From Octopus vulgaris (taxonomy: Eukaryota): a DNA stretch of 64,000 nucleotides. Shown here piece after piece: positions 21,080 through 35,737 of this stretch. The position numbers and the translations under genes were made by a program. How positions within the stretch are numbered: position 1 is the stretch's first letter; every line of letters begins with the position of its first letter. The stretch covers positions 29,884,001 through 29,948,000 of the forward strand of contig OX597833.1 of assembly GCA_951406725.2 (NCBI GenBank), given 5' to 3'. Under the pieces are notes generated by a model. That model searched no databases, was not told the DNA's origin, and saw only the letters and a list, made by a program, of their open reading frames with translations.

Positions 21080-22527
21080 CATCATCATCATCGTTTAACG
21101 TCCACTTTCCGCGCTAGCACGGGTTGGACGGTTCAACCGGGTCTGGGAAGCCAGGGGCCGCTCCAGGCTCCAGTCTGAATCTGGCAGAGTTTCTACGGCT
21201 GGATGCCCTTCCTAACGCCAACCACTCCGTGAGTGGATTGGGTGCTTTTTATGTGCCACCTGCACAGGGGCCGGACGGTCCGGCATCGTCACGATCGGTT
21301 CGAGCATTTTAACGTGTCAGCGGCACGGGGGCAACGAGGTCCGGGGTACTTTGGGGATCCGGGGTACTTAGAATGGGTAGGGGGTATGTGGAATTGCTGC
21401 AGAAAGCAGCCCGGGTCTTTGTAGTCACAGCATATCTCCAGAGATCTCGGTCCTTCGCCATTGCCTCAGTGAGGCCCAATGCTCTGAGGTCATGCTTGAC
21501 CACCTCATCCCATGTCTTCCTGGGTCTACCTCTCCCCCTGATACCTTCAACTGTTTGGGAGTGGCACTTCTTCACACATCTCTCTTCATCCATCCGCAGC
21601 ACATGACCATACCATCGCAAGCGTCGCTCTTGCACACCACATCTGATGCTTCTTATATCCAGCATTTCTCTCAGGATACTTACACTCTGTTTTGCGTGCA
21701 CACTGACACTACATATCCAGCGGATCATGCTAGCTTCATTTCTTTCAAGTCTACGCATGTCTTCTGCAGTCACAGCCCATGTTTCATTACCGTGAAGCAT
21801 GGCAGTTCGCACACATGCATCATACAATCTACCTTTTGCTCTGAGGGAGAGACCTTTTGTTGCCAGTAGGGGTAGGAGCTTTCTGAACTTTACCCAGGCT
21901 ATTCGTATTCTAGTGGTGATACTCTCTGTGCATCCACCTCCGCTACTAACTTGGTCACCCAGGTAGCGGAAACTATCAACTACTTCTAGTTTCTCTCCCT
22001 GGAGTGTGATGGAATCTGTTTTCTGAGTGTCTGTTGTGTCTATTGTCCCTGTGCATCTGCCGCACATGAAAGCTATCTTATCTGTTAATTTCCCTTTAAT
22101 GTTGCTGCACCTCTTATGTGTCCATAACTTACATTGGGTGCATCTTATGGAGTTTCTACCTGTACCTTTCCTACAGGTTGAGCAGGGCCACCTACCCGAG
22201 GGGATGTGTGCTGAGTACCTCTTGCTGCTTACTAATACTTTGGTCTTTGCTACATTTATTCTCAGGCCCTTTGATTCCAACCCTTGCTTCCACACCCGAA
22301 ATTTCTCTTCTAGTTCCGGTAGTGATTCTGCTATGAGAGCTAGGTCATCGGCATAGAGGAGCTCCCAGGGGCATCCCGTTTTGAATTCCTCTGTTATTGC
22401 CTGAAGGACTATGATGAATAAAAGGGGACTGAGGGCTGAGCCCTGGTGCACACCTACTTCTACCCGGAATTCTTCACTATATTCGTTGCCAATCCTAACC
22501 TTGCTGACAGCCTCTCTGTATAGAGCC
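21078..22527 (-). mobile_element. RTE-clade LINE, 5'-truncated, open RT C-terminal ORF (21309-22527)
   Basis: HQGSALSPLLF, LLYADD, C4HC3 finger, FRYLG, RRLRWYGHV, GRGRPRKTW; (GAT)n tail at 21078-21092. Confidence 0.92.
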
Positions 22528-22665
22528 TAAAAATTAATTAACACTGGAGCAAAATAACACCAAATATATAGTGCGTGTATTTTTATTGGCTAAACTGGCA
22601 AAATGGACCATTCTGAAATATAACAATATCTGTTTCAACACACGATTTCACTTAAATAATCTTGC

Positions 22666-22705
<40 letters not shown>

Positions 22706-23416
22706 TTTTATATGTAAGTACATATTCTTATCTTGGTATGTCTCTATAACACTGTCTCTCTCCCCCCTCTCCTACATTTCTCTGCCTTTCACACTTTGCA
22801 CTCCACTTTGATCTGTCTCTTTCTCTCTCTCTCTTCTCCCTCTTCTCCTCCTCCTTTGTTCCTTGTTCCCCTTCTTTCTCTCTTCATCTGTCCCTCTTTT
22901 CCTCTCTCTTCTCCTCACATGTGACTAGCCGAGCGATTGCTATCCTTTTTGTGGTCACCAGCCGTTGCGGCAAGACACATTTTTTTCTCTCTCTAGCCCT
23001 AAGGCTTTTTTCTAACGCCAGCTCAAAAATTTACTCGTCCTGTCGAAAAGACGCTTGTCTGTGATGTCCTGTTTTTGTTGTTATTATTATTATCATTATT
23101 GTTTCTACGTATTTTTGTATTCTTATTCGTGTTATCATTATAGTTTTTACATATTTTTGTATTTTTATTCGTGTATCATCGTCCGGTTTTCCGTCCTTGT
23201 TTTGTATACATTCGAGGCTTTCTTCCAAGGAATCTAATGCACTTAGCTTAGATTTTCCTTTGGGGCTGGCCAGATCGGAGCAATCTCAAGATGAATCAGC
23301 CGAAATTGCGAAGATGATCCGGTTCTTGACTGAAGATTGAAGGCTTTGAATGTCCCGTCCGTGTTTTTTGTATCGTCTTCTAAATGTTTTGCGTTCCTGT
23401 CCCAGTTTGTATTTTT

Positions 23417-23418
<2 letters not shown>

Positions 23419-23479
<61 letters not shown>

Positions 23480-23762
23480 GTGTATATATATATATATGTA
23501 TATATATATATGTATATATATATATGTATATATATGTATGTATATATATATATGTATATATATGTATATATATATATACGTGTATATATATATATGTATA
23601 TATATATATGTATATATATATATGTATATATATATATACGTGTATATATATATATATGTATATATATATATGTATATATATATATGTGTATATATATATA
23701 TATGTATGTATATATATGTATATATGTATGTATATATATGTATATATATTTGTATATATATG

Positions 23763-23796
<34 letters not shown>

Positions 23797-23844
23797 TATG
23801 TGTATATATATATATGTATATATGTATATGTATATATGTATATG
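23419..23844. repeat. (TA)n/TG-interrupted microsatellite
   Basis: Direct observation; similar arrays at 24615-24957 and 36300-36683. Confidence 0.95.
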
Positions 23845-24577
23845 TATATAAGAAAAAAGGTTTGAAAATGCAATTTAAACGATGTTTATTTACTTAACCG
23901 GTTTCACTCTTTGGTAAAAGATTGTCAAAAGTTACATTTAAGGAAACATTGAATAATATGGGTTCAAAAAAATTTTTTACATAATTGTCACATTGAATAT
24001 TATGCATTCAAAAAAGTTTTTTACATAATTGTCACATTGGATATTATGAATTCAAAAATGTTTTTTTGTACATAATTGTCACATTACATGTATAAATATA
24101 GTGTTTGGTAACAGAGAAGTTCAATAGTGTGATGAGAATATTTGGGAAAATTTGGCAGAAAAGGATAAAACAAATATATTATTGGGAATTGGTTGCGTTA
24201 ATTATTGGTTGTCGCAAATTGTCACATTACATGTATATATATACAATCTTTGGTATATATATACAGCCTTTTGACAGCATAAATTAAAATGGATTTTTTA
24301 TACATCTCAGAATATTTTAAGTTCAAGGGGAAAATATGTTTTTACTGACCTGTCGGTATTAGCAGAAAGGCTGAACTGAGAGAAAAGAAGAAGTAGCCAA
24401 TGTGGTGTATACTTCCCCTTTATGCATGAATGATTTTGGGGTTATCAGAATAATTTGAACCCATATTATTCAATGTTTCCTTAAATGTAACTTTTGACAA
24501 TCTTTTACCAAAGAGTGAAACCGGTTAAGTAAATAAACATCGTTTAAATTGCATTTTCAAACCTTTTTTCTTATATA
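23845..24577. mobile_element. Unit bounded by perfect 124-bp inverted repeats, each with a hammerhead motif; probable inverted-pLTR Penelope derivative
   Basis: 23845-23968 is the reverse complement of 24454-24577; internal ~45-bp tandem repeat x3 at ~23980-24090. Confidence 0.75.
24490..24530 (+). ncRNA. Minimal hammerhead ribozyme, U3-A8 variant (mirror copy on minus strand at 23892-23932)
   Basis: ACTT-TTGACAA-TCTTT tacc AAAGA gt-GAAA-CCGG-TT-AAGT. Stem I ACTT/AAGT, core UUGACAA, palindromic ACCGGT stem III. Confidence 0.65.
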
Positions 24578-24623
24578 ATCCCACTCGTGCGATACCCCAC
24601 AACTCAACTTTTTTATGTATATG

Positions 24624-24656
<33 letters not shown>

Positions 24657-24699
24657 GTATATATATATATGTATATGTATATATGTATATGTATATATG

Positions 24700-24730
<31 letters not shown>

Positions 24731-24745
24731 GTATATATGTATATG

Positions 24746-24792
<47 letters not shown>

Positions 24793-24833
24793 GTATATAT
24801 ATATATGTATATGTATATATATATATGTATATG

Positions 24834-24882
<49 letters not shown>

Positions 24883-24901
24883 GTATATATATATATGTAT
24901 G

Positions 24902-24952
<51 letters not shown>

Positions 24953-24957
24953 ATATA

Positions 24958-26510
24958 TCTCTTATTATAAAAGGCAGATTTTATCTGCCTCCCTTTGGGA
25001 GTTATACAAATCTACAATATAGGATTTCTTTAATTACAATTTACCTTGCATTTTTAAGAGTACAATGCATTGCGTCATGCCAGGTCCAGTTTTTAAAATT
25101 TAAACTCCAATTAAGCAAAATTTACAGAAAACTCACATTCTTGTGTGTGTGTCAAATGCTTTTCTTAGTTTGGTTTACACCACACGCAAACGCACACACA
25201 CAGTGGGCAACGAATAAAATGAAAGTAAATAGCGACAGAGTGATTTGAGGAAGCCTAAACTGAAAGTAATTAAACCACTACTCAAAAAATAAAAAAACAC
25301 AGCAAACAGAAACAAATAAATACATAACCATTTAGTCCTCACACAATTTCTTCAATTAGAATTTACCTAAGATTTTTCAAAGTACTCCATTCGCTCATGC
25401 CATAATATATTTCTTTCAATTTCACCCCCAATTAAGACAAAATTCGAGAAAACTCAATATTTTAACATATCACTCCGAAAGCATTGATGTACATGTGTGC
25501 TTGCGAGAGTGTGTGTGTGTCATTCCTCACACACACGCATACACATACATATACAACTACATACAACTACATACACATACAACTACATACAAACACGTGT
25601 GTGTTTGTTATTAGTAAAAAAGGCGCAAAAACACAACTCACTTATCATTCCAACACATTTGCAAAGACACACGGAGGACAGAAAAGGTAAATTGGTTTTT
25701 ATTTTACTCTGTATATATTTTATTATATAATATTATATATAGATATATGTATACATAATTGCAGTATGAAACAGTGTTTATGTATAAACAGACGACACTT
25801 ATATATAGTTACCAAGCCGCCCGAATTTACCTATTCATATTTAAATGAGAATATCAGAGCAAATCTCTTTAGTACATTCGTGAAAACACGTATTATACTT
25901 CGTAAACACTTCAACTACAGTTTTGTACAAAAATCGAAGTGTAATTTTAATTCCGTGAATTATGGGAGATTTTTTTCCGAAATTTGTTCCTATTGTGTTT
26001 TCAAAATTTGTAATTCTGACAAAAAATGGATACGAATTTCATTATATCAAGCAGCGAGTCAGAATTCGAAGGATTTTCTACTGAAGACCTTCATAAATCT
26101 AACTCTATGACTGAAAAAAAAAAAGCATCTTTATATAAGAGTGAAGTTGTGTGTCTGTCTCCTACGATTTCGATTCCTAACTACTCCCACATTTTGCGGT
26201 GCAGTTTAACCAAAAGCGGGTATCTTATAGTCGTGATTCATATCGAGCCCTTCTGGGTATTAGCGTGCGTCTACGATGAGTCTACGATTTAAAAAAAATT
26301 TACCATCATATTTTTCCATTTTAATGCATTTTTTTCGCTTTTATATAAGGGAAGTAACTCTCTAAAAATATCTACGATGTGTCAACGATTTAAAAAATAT
26401 TTACCTTAATTTTTTTTCAATTTTTAATGCATTTTTTGGCTATAACTCTCTAAAAATGCTTATATAGTTATTTCCCTTACAACCCGAGCAACGCCGGGCG
26501 ATACTGCTAG
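24958..26510 (+). mobile_element. Composite non-autonomous Helitron (outer 5' end + piggyBac fragment + inner Helitron 26128-26510)
   Basis: 5' TCTCTTATTATAAAAGGCAG (same as 40634), inner 5' TCTTTATATAAG, shared 3' hairpin + CTAG; flanked by (TA)n on both sides. Confidence 0.72.
25808..26127 (+). mobile_element. piggyBac 5' fragment
   Basis: Near-identical to ~58270-58594, including the MDTNFIISSSESEFEGFS start. Confidence 0.88.
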
Positions 26511-27360
<850 letters not shown>

Positions 27361-28079
27361 ATTTTGCTTTTAACGAAAATGTTTCTTCCATAGTTTTATA
27401 GTGCATAGTGCCCACAAAATCTACTGAAATTGGTCGAGGTAGAAGGTAAAAAAGAAATCGTGTGTAGTGCTCATAAAATTGACCAAAATCGGTCCAAGGT
27501 GTGTGTGGTGGTGGTGGTGGTAGTGGTGTTTTTAAGAAAAGAAACTGTCATTTTTAGCAATGATTTTTGTTAGTGCATGTACATGAACATCAAACCAAAT
27601 ATCAATGGAAACGGTAGTAGTTGTGATACCTGTGCCGGTGACACATAAAAGCACCATCCGAACGTGTCGTCGCCAGTGCAGCCTCCACTAGCTTCTGTGC
27701 TGGTGGCACATAAAAAGCACCATCCGAACGTGGCCGATGCCAACCCCACCTCGAATGGGTTCTGTGCCGGTGGCACATAAAAAGCAACATCCGAACGTGG
27801 CCGATGCCAGCACGCCCGACTGGCTTCTGTGCCGGTAGCACAAAAAAAAAAAAGCACCAACTGATCGTGGCCGATGCCAGCCCTCTGGCACCTGTGCAGG
27901 TGGCACGTAAAGCACCCACTACACTCGCGGAGTGGTTGGCGTTAGGAAGGGCATCCAGCTGTAGAAACACTGCCAGACCAGACTGGAGCCTGGGGCAGCC
28001 CCTGGCTCCCCAGACCCGGTCGAACCGTCAACCCGTGCTAGCACGGAAAACGGACGTTAAACGATGATGATGATGATGA

Positions 28080-28127
<48 letters not shown>

Positions 28128-28132
28128 GTATA

Positions 28133-28163
<31 letters not shown>

Positions 28164-28902
28164 CATCATCATCATCATCATCGTTTAACGTCCGTTTTCC
28201 GCGCTAGCACGGGTTGGACGGTTCGACCGGGGTCTGGGGAGCCAGGGCTGCCCCAGGCTCCAGTCTGGTCTGGCAGTGTTTCTACAGCTGGATGCCCTTC
28301 CTAACGCCAACCACTCCGCGAGTGTAGTGGGTGCTTTTTACATGCCACCTGCACAGGTGCCAGAGGGGTCTGGCATCGGCCACGATCAGTTGGTGCTTTT
28401 TTTTTTTTTTTTTTTTTGTGCTACCGGCACAGAAGCCAGTCGGGGCGGTGCTGGCATCGGCCACGTTCGGATGTTGCTTTTTATGTGCCACCGGCACAGA
28501 ACCCATTCGAGGTGGGGTTGGCATCGGCCACGTTCGGATGGTGCTTTTTTTGTGCCACCAGCACAGAAGCTAGTGGAGGCTGCACTGGCGACGGCCACGT
28601 TCGGATGGTGCTTTTTATGTGTCACCGGCATAGGTATCACAACTACTACCGTTTCCATTGATATTTGGTTTGATGTTCATGTACATGCACTAACAAAAAT
28701 CATTGCTAAAAATGACAGTTTCTTTTCTTAAAAACACCACTACCACCACCACCACCACACACACCTTGGACCGATTTTGGTCAATTTTATGAGCACTACA
28801 CACGATTTCTTTTTTACCTTCTACCTCGACCAATTTCAGTAGATTTTGTGGGCACTATGCACTATAAAACTATGGAAGAAACATTTTCGTTAAAAACAAA
28901 AT
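27361..28902. repeat. About 1.5-kb palindrome: inverted duplication of ~240 bp flank plus an RTE 3' end around (GAT)n(TA)n(CAT)n
   Basis: 27361-28083 is the reverse complement of ~28162-28902, with small indels. Confidence 0.92.
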
Positions 28903-29326
28903 TTTTTTCACTTCCATATTTATGAATTTCTTTCTTAACAATACACATAACATTTTTCTTTTATTAAGCCCTTTTCCATTATGCAATTAAATGTGTTTAT
29001 TAGGAGAAAATATTAAACAAAGAAACAAGGAAGGTATTAAATGGTCGTGAGATGTGCTAAAAACAACAGCTAAATCGTCCTTAACGTTATCCATAGCGAA
29101 GCCATATTCAACACCATAACCATGAATTTATTTCTCTCACCATGATATATTTTTCTATTACTCGAATGAAAGGCGCTTGTTTAAACGAAAAAGCGCCCAG
29201 ACTTTTTCCATAACACTCAATAGAAATAATTCATTTCTAAATATCTCAGAGAGATTTATGCAGTAGTGGTATGATAAAGTAGTTGTATACTGTCAACTTA
29301 ATGTGACAGTCCCTTTTTTTTTTAAT

Positions 29327-30150
29327 ATGCGGGAAAATACGGAGATTATGAGGATCTTTTCGGTTTGAATGGCAGTTTTTTCTAGCGGTGTCATATGAAA
29401 TTGTCACCCATAATTATGACCCTAGTATCGATCTATTGCATTTCAATCTGTTTTGATTATGATTCTAAAAATTTTCCAAAAGTTTTTGTAAAATTTCAAC
29501 TAAAAACTTTTTTAAAAAGTACCCCTCCTCCTCCCCTTGCAGTTTACGGCATAAATAGAAAGTTTTGAAACCCTTTTCGTCATTGCACATGCGTTGACTG
29601 CGACACTAAAAGTGAAAGTTAGGGATTGATGTGGTGATGGGTGGGCGAAATGGGGGGAAAGGTTTACGTAAATTTTGTTTTTTAATTTTGGGTTTTAAAA
29701 TGCGGACGGCTCGATTATGGGGGGGGGGGGGGTCAGAAACTACTGTTTTCGGGTATGGAGATTACGAATATGAAAAAAAAAAAAAAATTGGCAAATATCG
29801 GCAGTTCAAAATTTAAATTTTGCCCTCTCTCCTCCAATTTCTTCATTTTTGACTTTTTTCAGAATTTTTTTTTTTTTTTTTTTGCAAAGTATGCGGAAAA
29901 ATACGGAGATAATGATTCTGCATTAAAAAAATTCCAAAAATTTTTGTAAAATTTCAATTTAAAGAAAAAAATAATAAAGTATCCCTCCCCTCCAGGTCGC
30001 AATCTACAGCATAAACAAAGTTTTGAAACTCTTTTCGGCATTGCGCATGCGTTGACTGCGACGCTAAAAGTGAAACTTTGTAAATGGTGTGCGACATGGA
30101 GGAAAAGGTTTTTGGAAATTTTGTTTCTTAATTTTCGGTCTTAAAATGCG
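29327..30150 (+). repeat. Diverged direct repeat pair (~29327-29705 and ~29891-30150); the first copy carries a 103-bp insert
   Basis: Shared aaaatacggagat, tttttgtaaaatttcaa and catgcgttgactgcgac.ctaaaagtgaaa; insert 29352-29454 is flanked by GATTATGA. Confidence 0.7.
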
Positions 30151-30774
30151 TCGTTCCTATCTCTTTGATTTCCAAATAAGTTTTTAAATACTTCGAAATC
30201 AAAATTGGGCGCACCCGTACGTTAAATAAGCAGCCGGCAAGCAGCCTATTCACATGCTAGAAATAGCAGCCAAATCTCACACAAACTCTTTTTCGCACAT
30301 TTTTTTTGTAATTTTTTTTCATATACGATTCATAGAAACCGATTATATCACATTTTTTTTTTTTGGAAAAAGCTTTTCGTAGGGGTGGGGATGAGTTTCG
30401 ACAAAAAATCCCAAACAAGGTGGTATTTGTTTCTTGGCGATAAAATTTCAGAGAAATTTCCCGCGGTAAAAACAGGTAGGAATGCCAACGTACACTCGGT
30501 GGTTATGATTAGGGTTTTTGTCACGCCGAAAACGGGTAGTGTACATATTCTTTACCGCCGCCCTCAAATCTCCCTCCACATCATTGTAGCTTTATATTTT
30601 AACAATTAATTCTGCTAACTTTATTGCCTTCACAGTGTTTACCGTGTTACATAAAAACTGTAGCTTAAAGCCAGAAACTGTAACTTATCACAAACTATAT
30701 CACACGGAAGTATTAACTTAAGACATATTATACAAAGCTAAGCACAACATATAAAATCAACGTGCGCGCAATTA

Positions 30775-32126
<1,352 letters not shown>

Positions 32127-34175
32127 CGGTGATATAGAGGATCTTCGTCGATGCCTCCACCAAATTTGGAGGTGGTCTAACAAATGGGACCTGTGTCTGA
32201 ACGTGTCAAAGTGCTGTCATCTGCCTGTTGGCTCTCCTCCTGCAACTCAACTTGTGACGAAGAAGGTTAAACGAGAATGTCGACTCAGAGATATTGCTTG
32301 GGCTGAATTCAAAAATCTGAATTCGACTGCAGCTTTTGAGGTGTACAAAACTCAACGAGACCGAGCCGTGAAAATTGAAAAGAAAGAACGCTTCAGTTAT
32401 GAATACAAAATCGCGGCACATGCCAGTAGCAATCCAAAAACCTTCTTTGCCCATGTCCAGCGGAATTCCCACTTGAACAACCAGATTGCAACGTTGGTAG
32501 ACTCAACAGGCGTATCGATTGAGGACCCTTATCAACAGAGTCAATTATTTGCCGAGGCTTTTTCAACTATTTTCAAACAAGATGATGGTCGTGAACCCCC
32601 TCCATTTGATAGATCGGTACCTCCAATGCTTCGATTGGTCATCATGCGGGACGAAGTCAAACGTGTTATTCAAGGCCTCGATGTCAACAAGGGTCACGGC
32701 CCTGACGGCATACACCCACGGGTTATCAAAGCGTTGGCTCCAGTCATCTGCGAGCCCTTAACACAACTATTCAATATGTCATTGGCGACGGGTGTTATAC
32801 CTGCAGACTGGAGAACAGCGATAATCTGCCCAATTTTCAAGAAAGGGAGCCGCGAAGACCCACTTAACTACTGACCGGTTTCCCTTACATCAATAATCAG
32901 CAAGATGTTCGAAACCATCCTTAAGAAAAGTATGATGCTCCACCTCCTAAACACAGCCTCTATCTCTAATTCCCAACACGGCTTCATGCCGAAGAGATCA
33001 TGCTTGACCAACTTACTAGTAATGGAAGAATTGGTGACGCGCATCCTCGATGATAGTGATGCTGTTGACATCGTTTTATTGGACTTTGCCAAAGCTTTTG
33101 ACTCGGTAAACCACCGCCTATTACTTGTCAAGCTTCAAGCATATAGTTTCCATCCAGATATTGTACGATGGGTTGGTGCCTTCCTCTCAGATTGCTCCTT
33201 CCAAGTCCAAGTTAATGGTTCGCGGTCCGACGTCTCCAGTGCGAGCAGTGGCGTGCCTCAAGGTTCAGTGCTTGGGCCCTTGTTGTTCTTAGTCTTCATA
33301 AATGACTTGCCCGACGACCTCACGCAACACACCCTTCTATTTGCCGACGATATCAAACTGGTCGCTCCTCGCGGTAATATAGAGGATCTTCGTCGATGCC
33401 TCCACCAAATTTGGAAGTGGTCTAACGATTGGGACCTGTGTCTGAACGTGTCAAAGTGCTGTCATCTGCCTGTCGGCTCTACTCCTGCAACTCAACTTGA
33501 TTTCGAGCCGGGTCGTCTGCTGCTGGAGAGGACCGATCAGGTAAAGGACCTGGGTATCTTGGTGGATTCCTCCTTTTCGCCTTCGGCCCAGTGCGTCCAA
33601 TCTGCCAACAAAGCACGTGGAATTCTGTTCTTGATTCGACGGTCATTCGGAATGCTCACAGCAGCCATATTCCTACCACTCTATGTCACGCTGCCTCAAA
33701 GACATACAGCATCTCGAAAGAGTCCAGAAGCTGGCTACCCGCATGGTTCATGGTCTCAAAAATTTGTCCTACGAAGAAAGGCTGAGGACGCTCGACCTTT
33801 ATTCTCTTGAAAACGCCGCCGCCATGGTGATCTCATTCTCGCCCACAACATCATAAGCGGAAAGTGTAACCTCTCGAAAGAGCTGTTCTTCACTCCTGCT
33901 CCAGAGCGTCGGCTGCGGGGTCATTCCGAAAAGCTCTACCTGCGACGATTTCATCTCAATCGAAGGAGAGGAGCTTTCTCCGTCCGGGTTGCGGATCCGT
34001 GGAACAAGCTGCCAGACGAGATGGTGAAGATGCCGACGACCGCTTTGTTCAAAGCCTCCCTTGACTTCAAGTGGCCTGAGCTCTTTACATGAACACCACC
34101 CTGTACTTAACTCCATGTCCCCCTACATGGCCTTGCTATTTGCTTTTGAGCCAAATTAACTAACTAACTAACTAA
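32127..34175 (+). mobile_element. CR1-clade LINE, 5'-truncated, defective RT
   Basis: [31 protein letters not shown], stop at 32872, QHGFMPKRSCLTNL, LDFAKAFDSV, GVPQGSVLGPLLF, LFADD. Short deletion near 33693 relative to the 5818 copy; (TAAC)n tail. Confidence 0.92.
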
Positions 34176-34541
34176 ATCCCCTTGGAGTTAACTTTATCTT
34201 TCACATTTCAAGGGGTGCAAAAATGTAGTACCAGTTGTACTCTTCCTATAGATATACCCATGGCCTTGTGATAATACATCTCAAAATGTTAGATACTTAT
34301 TTATTAGGTGTTCAAGACAGTTGATTGTTAAAGTAAATGGGTTACATCATTTAGAATCCTATTTGTACTAAATTTAAATCTCATTATCATCAACTTTCCA
34401 TGGTTGATAAAATAAACTCCAGACAAATACTGACATCAATATAATCAGCTAAACTGTTGAAGGTACTACTCCAGCATGACCACAATTCAATGACTGAACT
34501 CAGTAAGAGAATAAAAGAACCTTAAGAACCAAGTTTGCATT

Positions 34542-34545
<4 letters not shown>

Positions 34546-34600
<55 letters not shown>
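34546..34600. repeat. (CT)n microsatellite
   Basis: Direct observation. Confidence 0.95.
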
Positions 34601-34607
<7 letters not shown>

Positions 34608-34979
34608 GCTAAATATAGTACTTACATATTTGTATCAATTTAAACTGGTTTTTATTCTTGTATGAATTTTTAAAAAAATACATAGTATATGTAGATGTGA
34701 ACCTACACTCAGACTATAAGTTATTGCTTTTTTTTTTTTGTTTTATTGGTTTGGGCTGGAGGAAAGGGCCATGGCTGTTGTCTTTGCAAAGGCTCCCTCT
34801 AACACTGATGTTGTTAACCCTCGCACAGGCTTTGTGAGAAGTTACAGAGACTTGTTGAGACATGTATAGTGTTTCACTATGGTCTTCATCCATTCAGGGT
34901 TTAACAACTGTCTTCAGCACCTCAATGTATCTGGTGGCATCAATTCCAGGGCTCTAAGTAAATGCATTGCACAGATCAG

Positions 34980-35737
34980 ACAGTTTTACTCTGCCTTAGC
35001 AGACATAAATTTGCCTCTCCTCAGTGCATATGGCTTAGATTGAACATTCTCGTGCACCACAGTTCTGATAGTAGTCCACTCTGACACATGAAGTTGTTTA
35101 GCAATGTCCCTTGTTGATTTTTCAAGATTGTCATTGATAATGTTTTGAACCTTTTGGATGAATTGCAGTGCTCTGATAGTGAACAAACACTCAGAATTAC
35201 GATCAGCATCATCCTTGTCATCATCATCATCATCTAACATCTGTTTTCCATGCTGGAATGGATTGGATGATTTGACCAGAGCTGGCAAGGCCAGAGGCTG
35301 CACCAGGCTCCACTGTTCTGGCAAGATTTCTACAGCTGGATGCCCTTCATAACACCAACCACTCCATAAAGTGTATTGGGTGCTTATTATGTAGCACCAG
35401 CATGAATGTTTTTAATGTGGCACTAGCACAAATGCTTTTATGTGACATCAGTACCATTATCAATTCTGCTGTGACAGATGGGTCTTGAGAAAGTTTTCCT
35501 CTTTTTGATATATTTGAAGCATCCTGCTAGAGGCTTCCAATTCCATCTGAACTTTGTACAAAAGGTCTTGTAATTTCTAAATCGTTGCGTTTCACACATA
35601 TGGCAATCATGACGGCATGTCTTTTCATTTCTTGTGTTGACTTTTTATCTGCCAAGGGGTATCTGAAAGATTATTTGACCAGGAAAGAGTAATATACTTA
35701 TAATTAAATATTTTCAAATACCCTTTGCACCTTGTAT
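34980..35737 (-). pseudogene. Tc1/mariner superfamily (maT/DD37D-like) transposase N-terminal relic, interrupted by an RTE tail (~35214-35455)
   Basis: Minus strand QEMKRHAVMIAI...; FIQKVQNIINDNLEKSTRDIAKQLHVSEWTTIRTVVHE is HTH-like. Confidence 0.55.

Noticed and set aside
22730-23420. Possible further pLTR/hammerhead (CTCAAGA...GAAA; CTGAAGA) next to a TA array
   Set aside because: I could not build consistent stems I-III; probably a repeat of unknown class.
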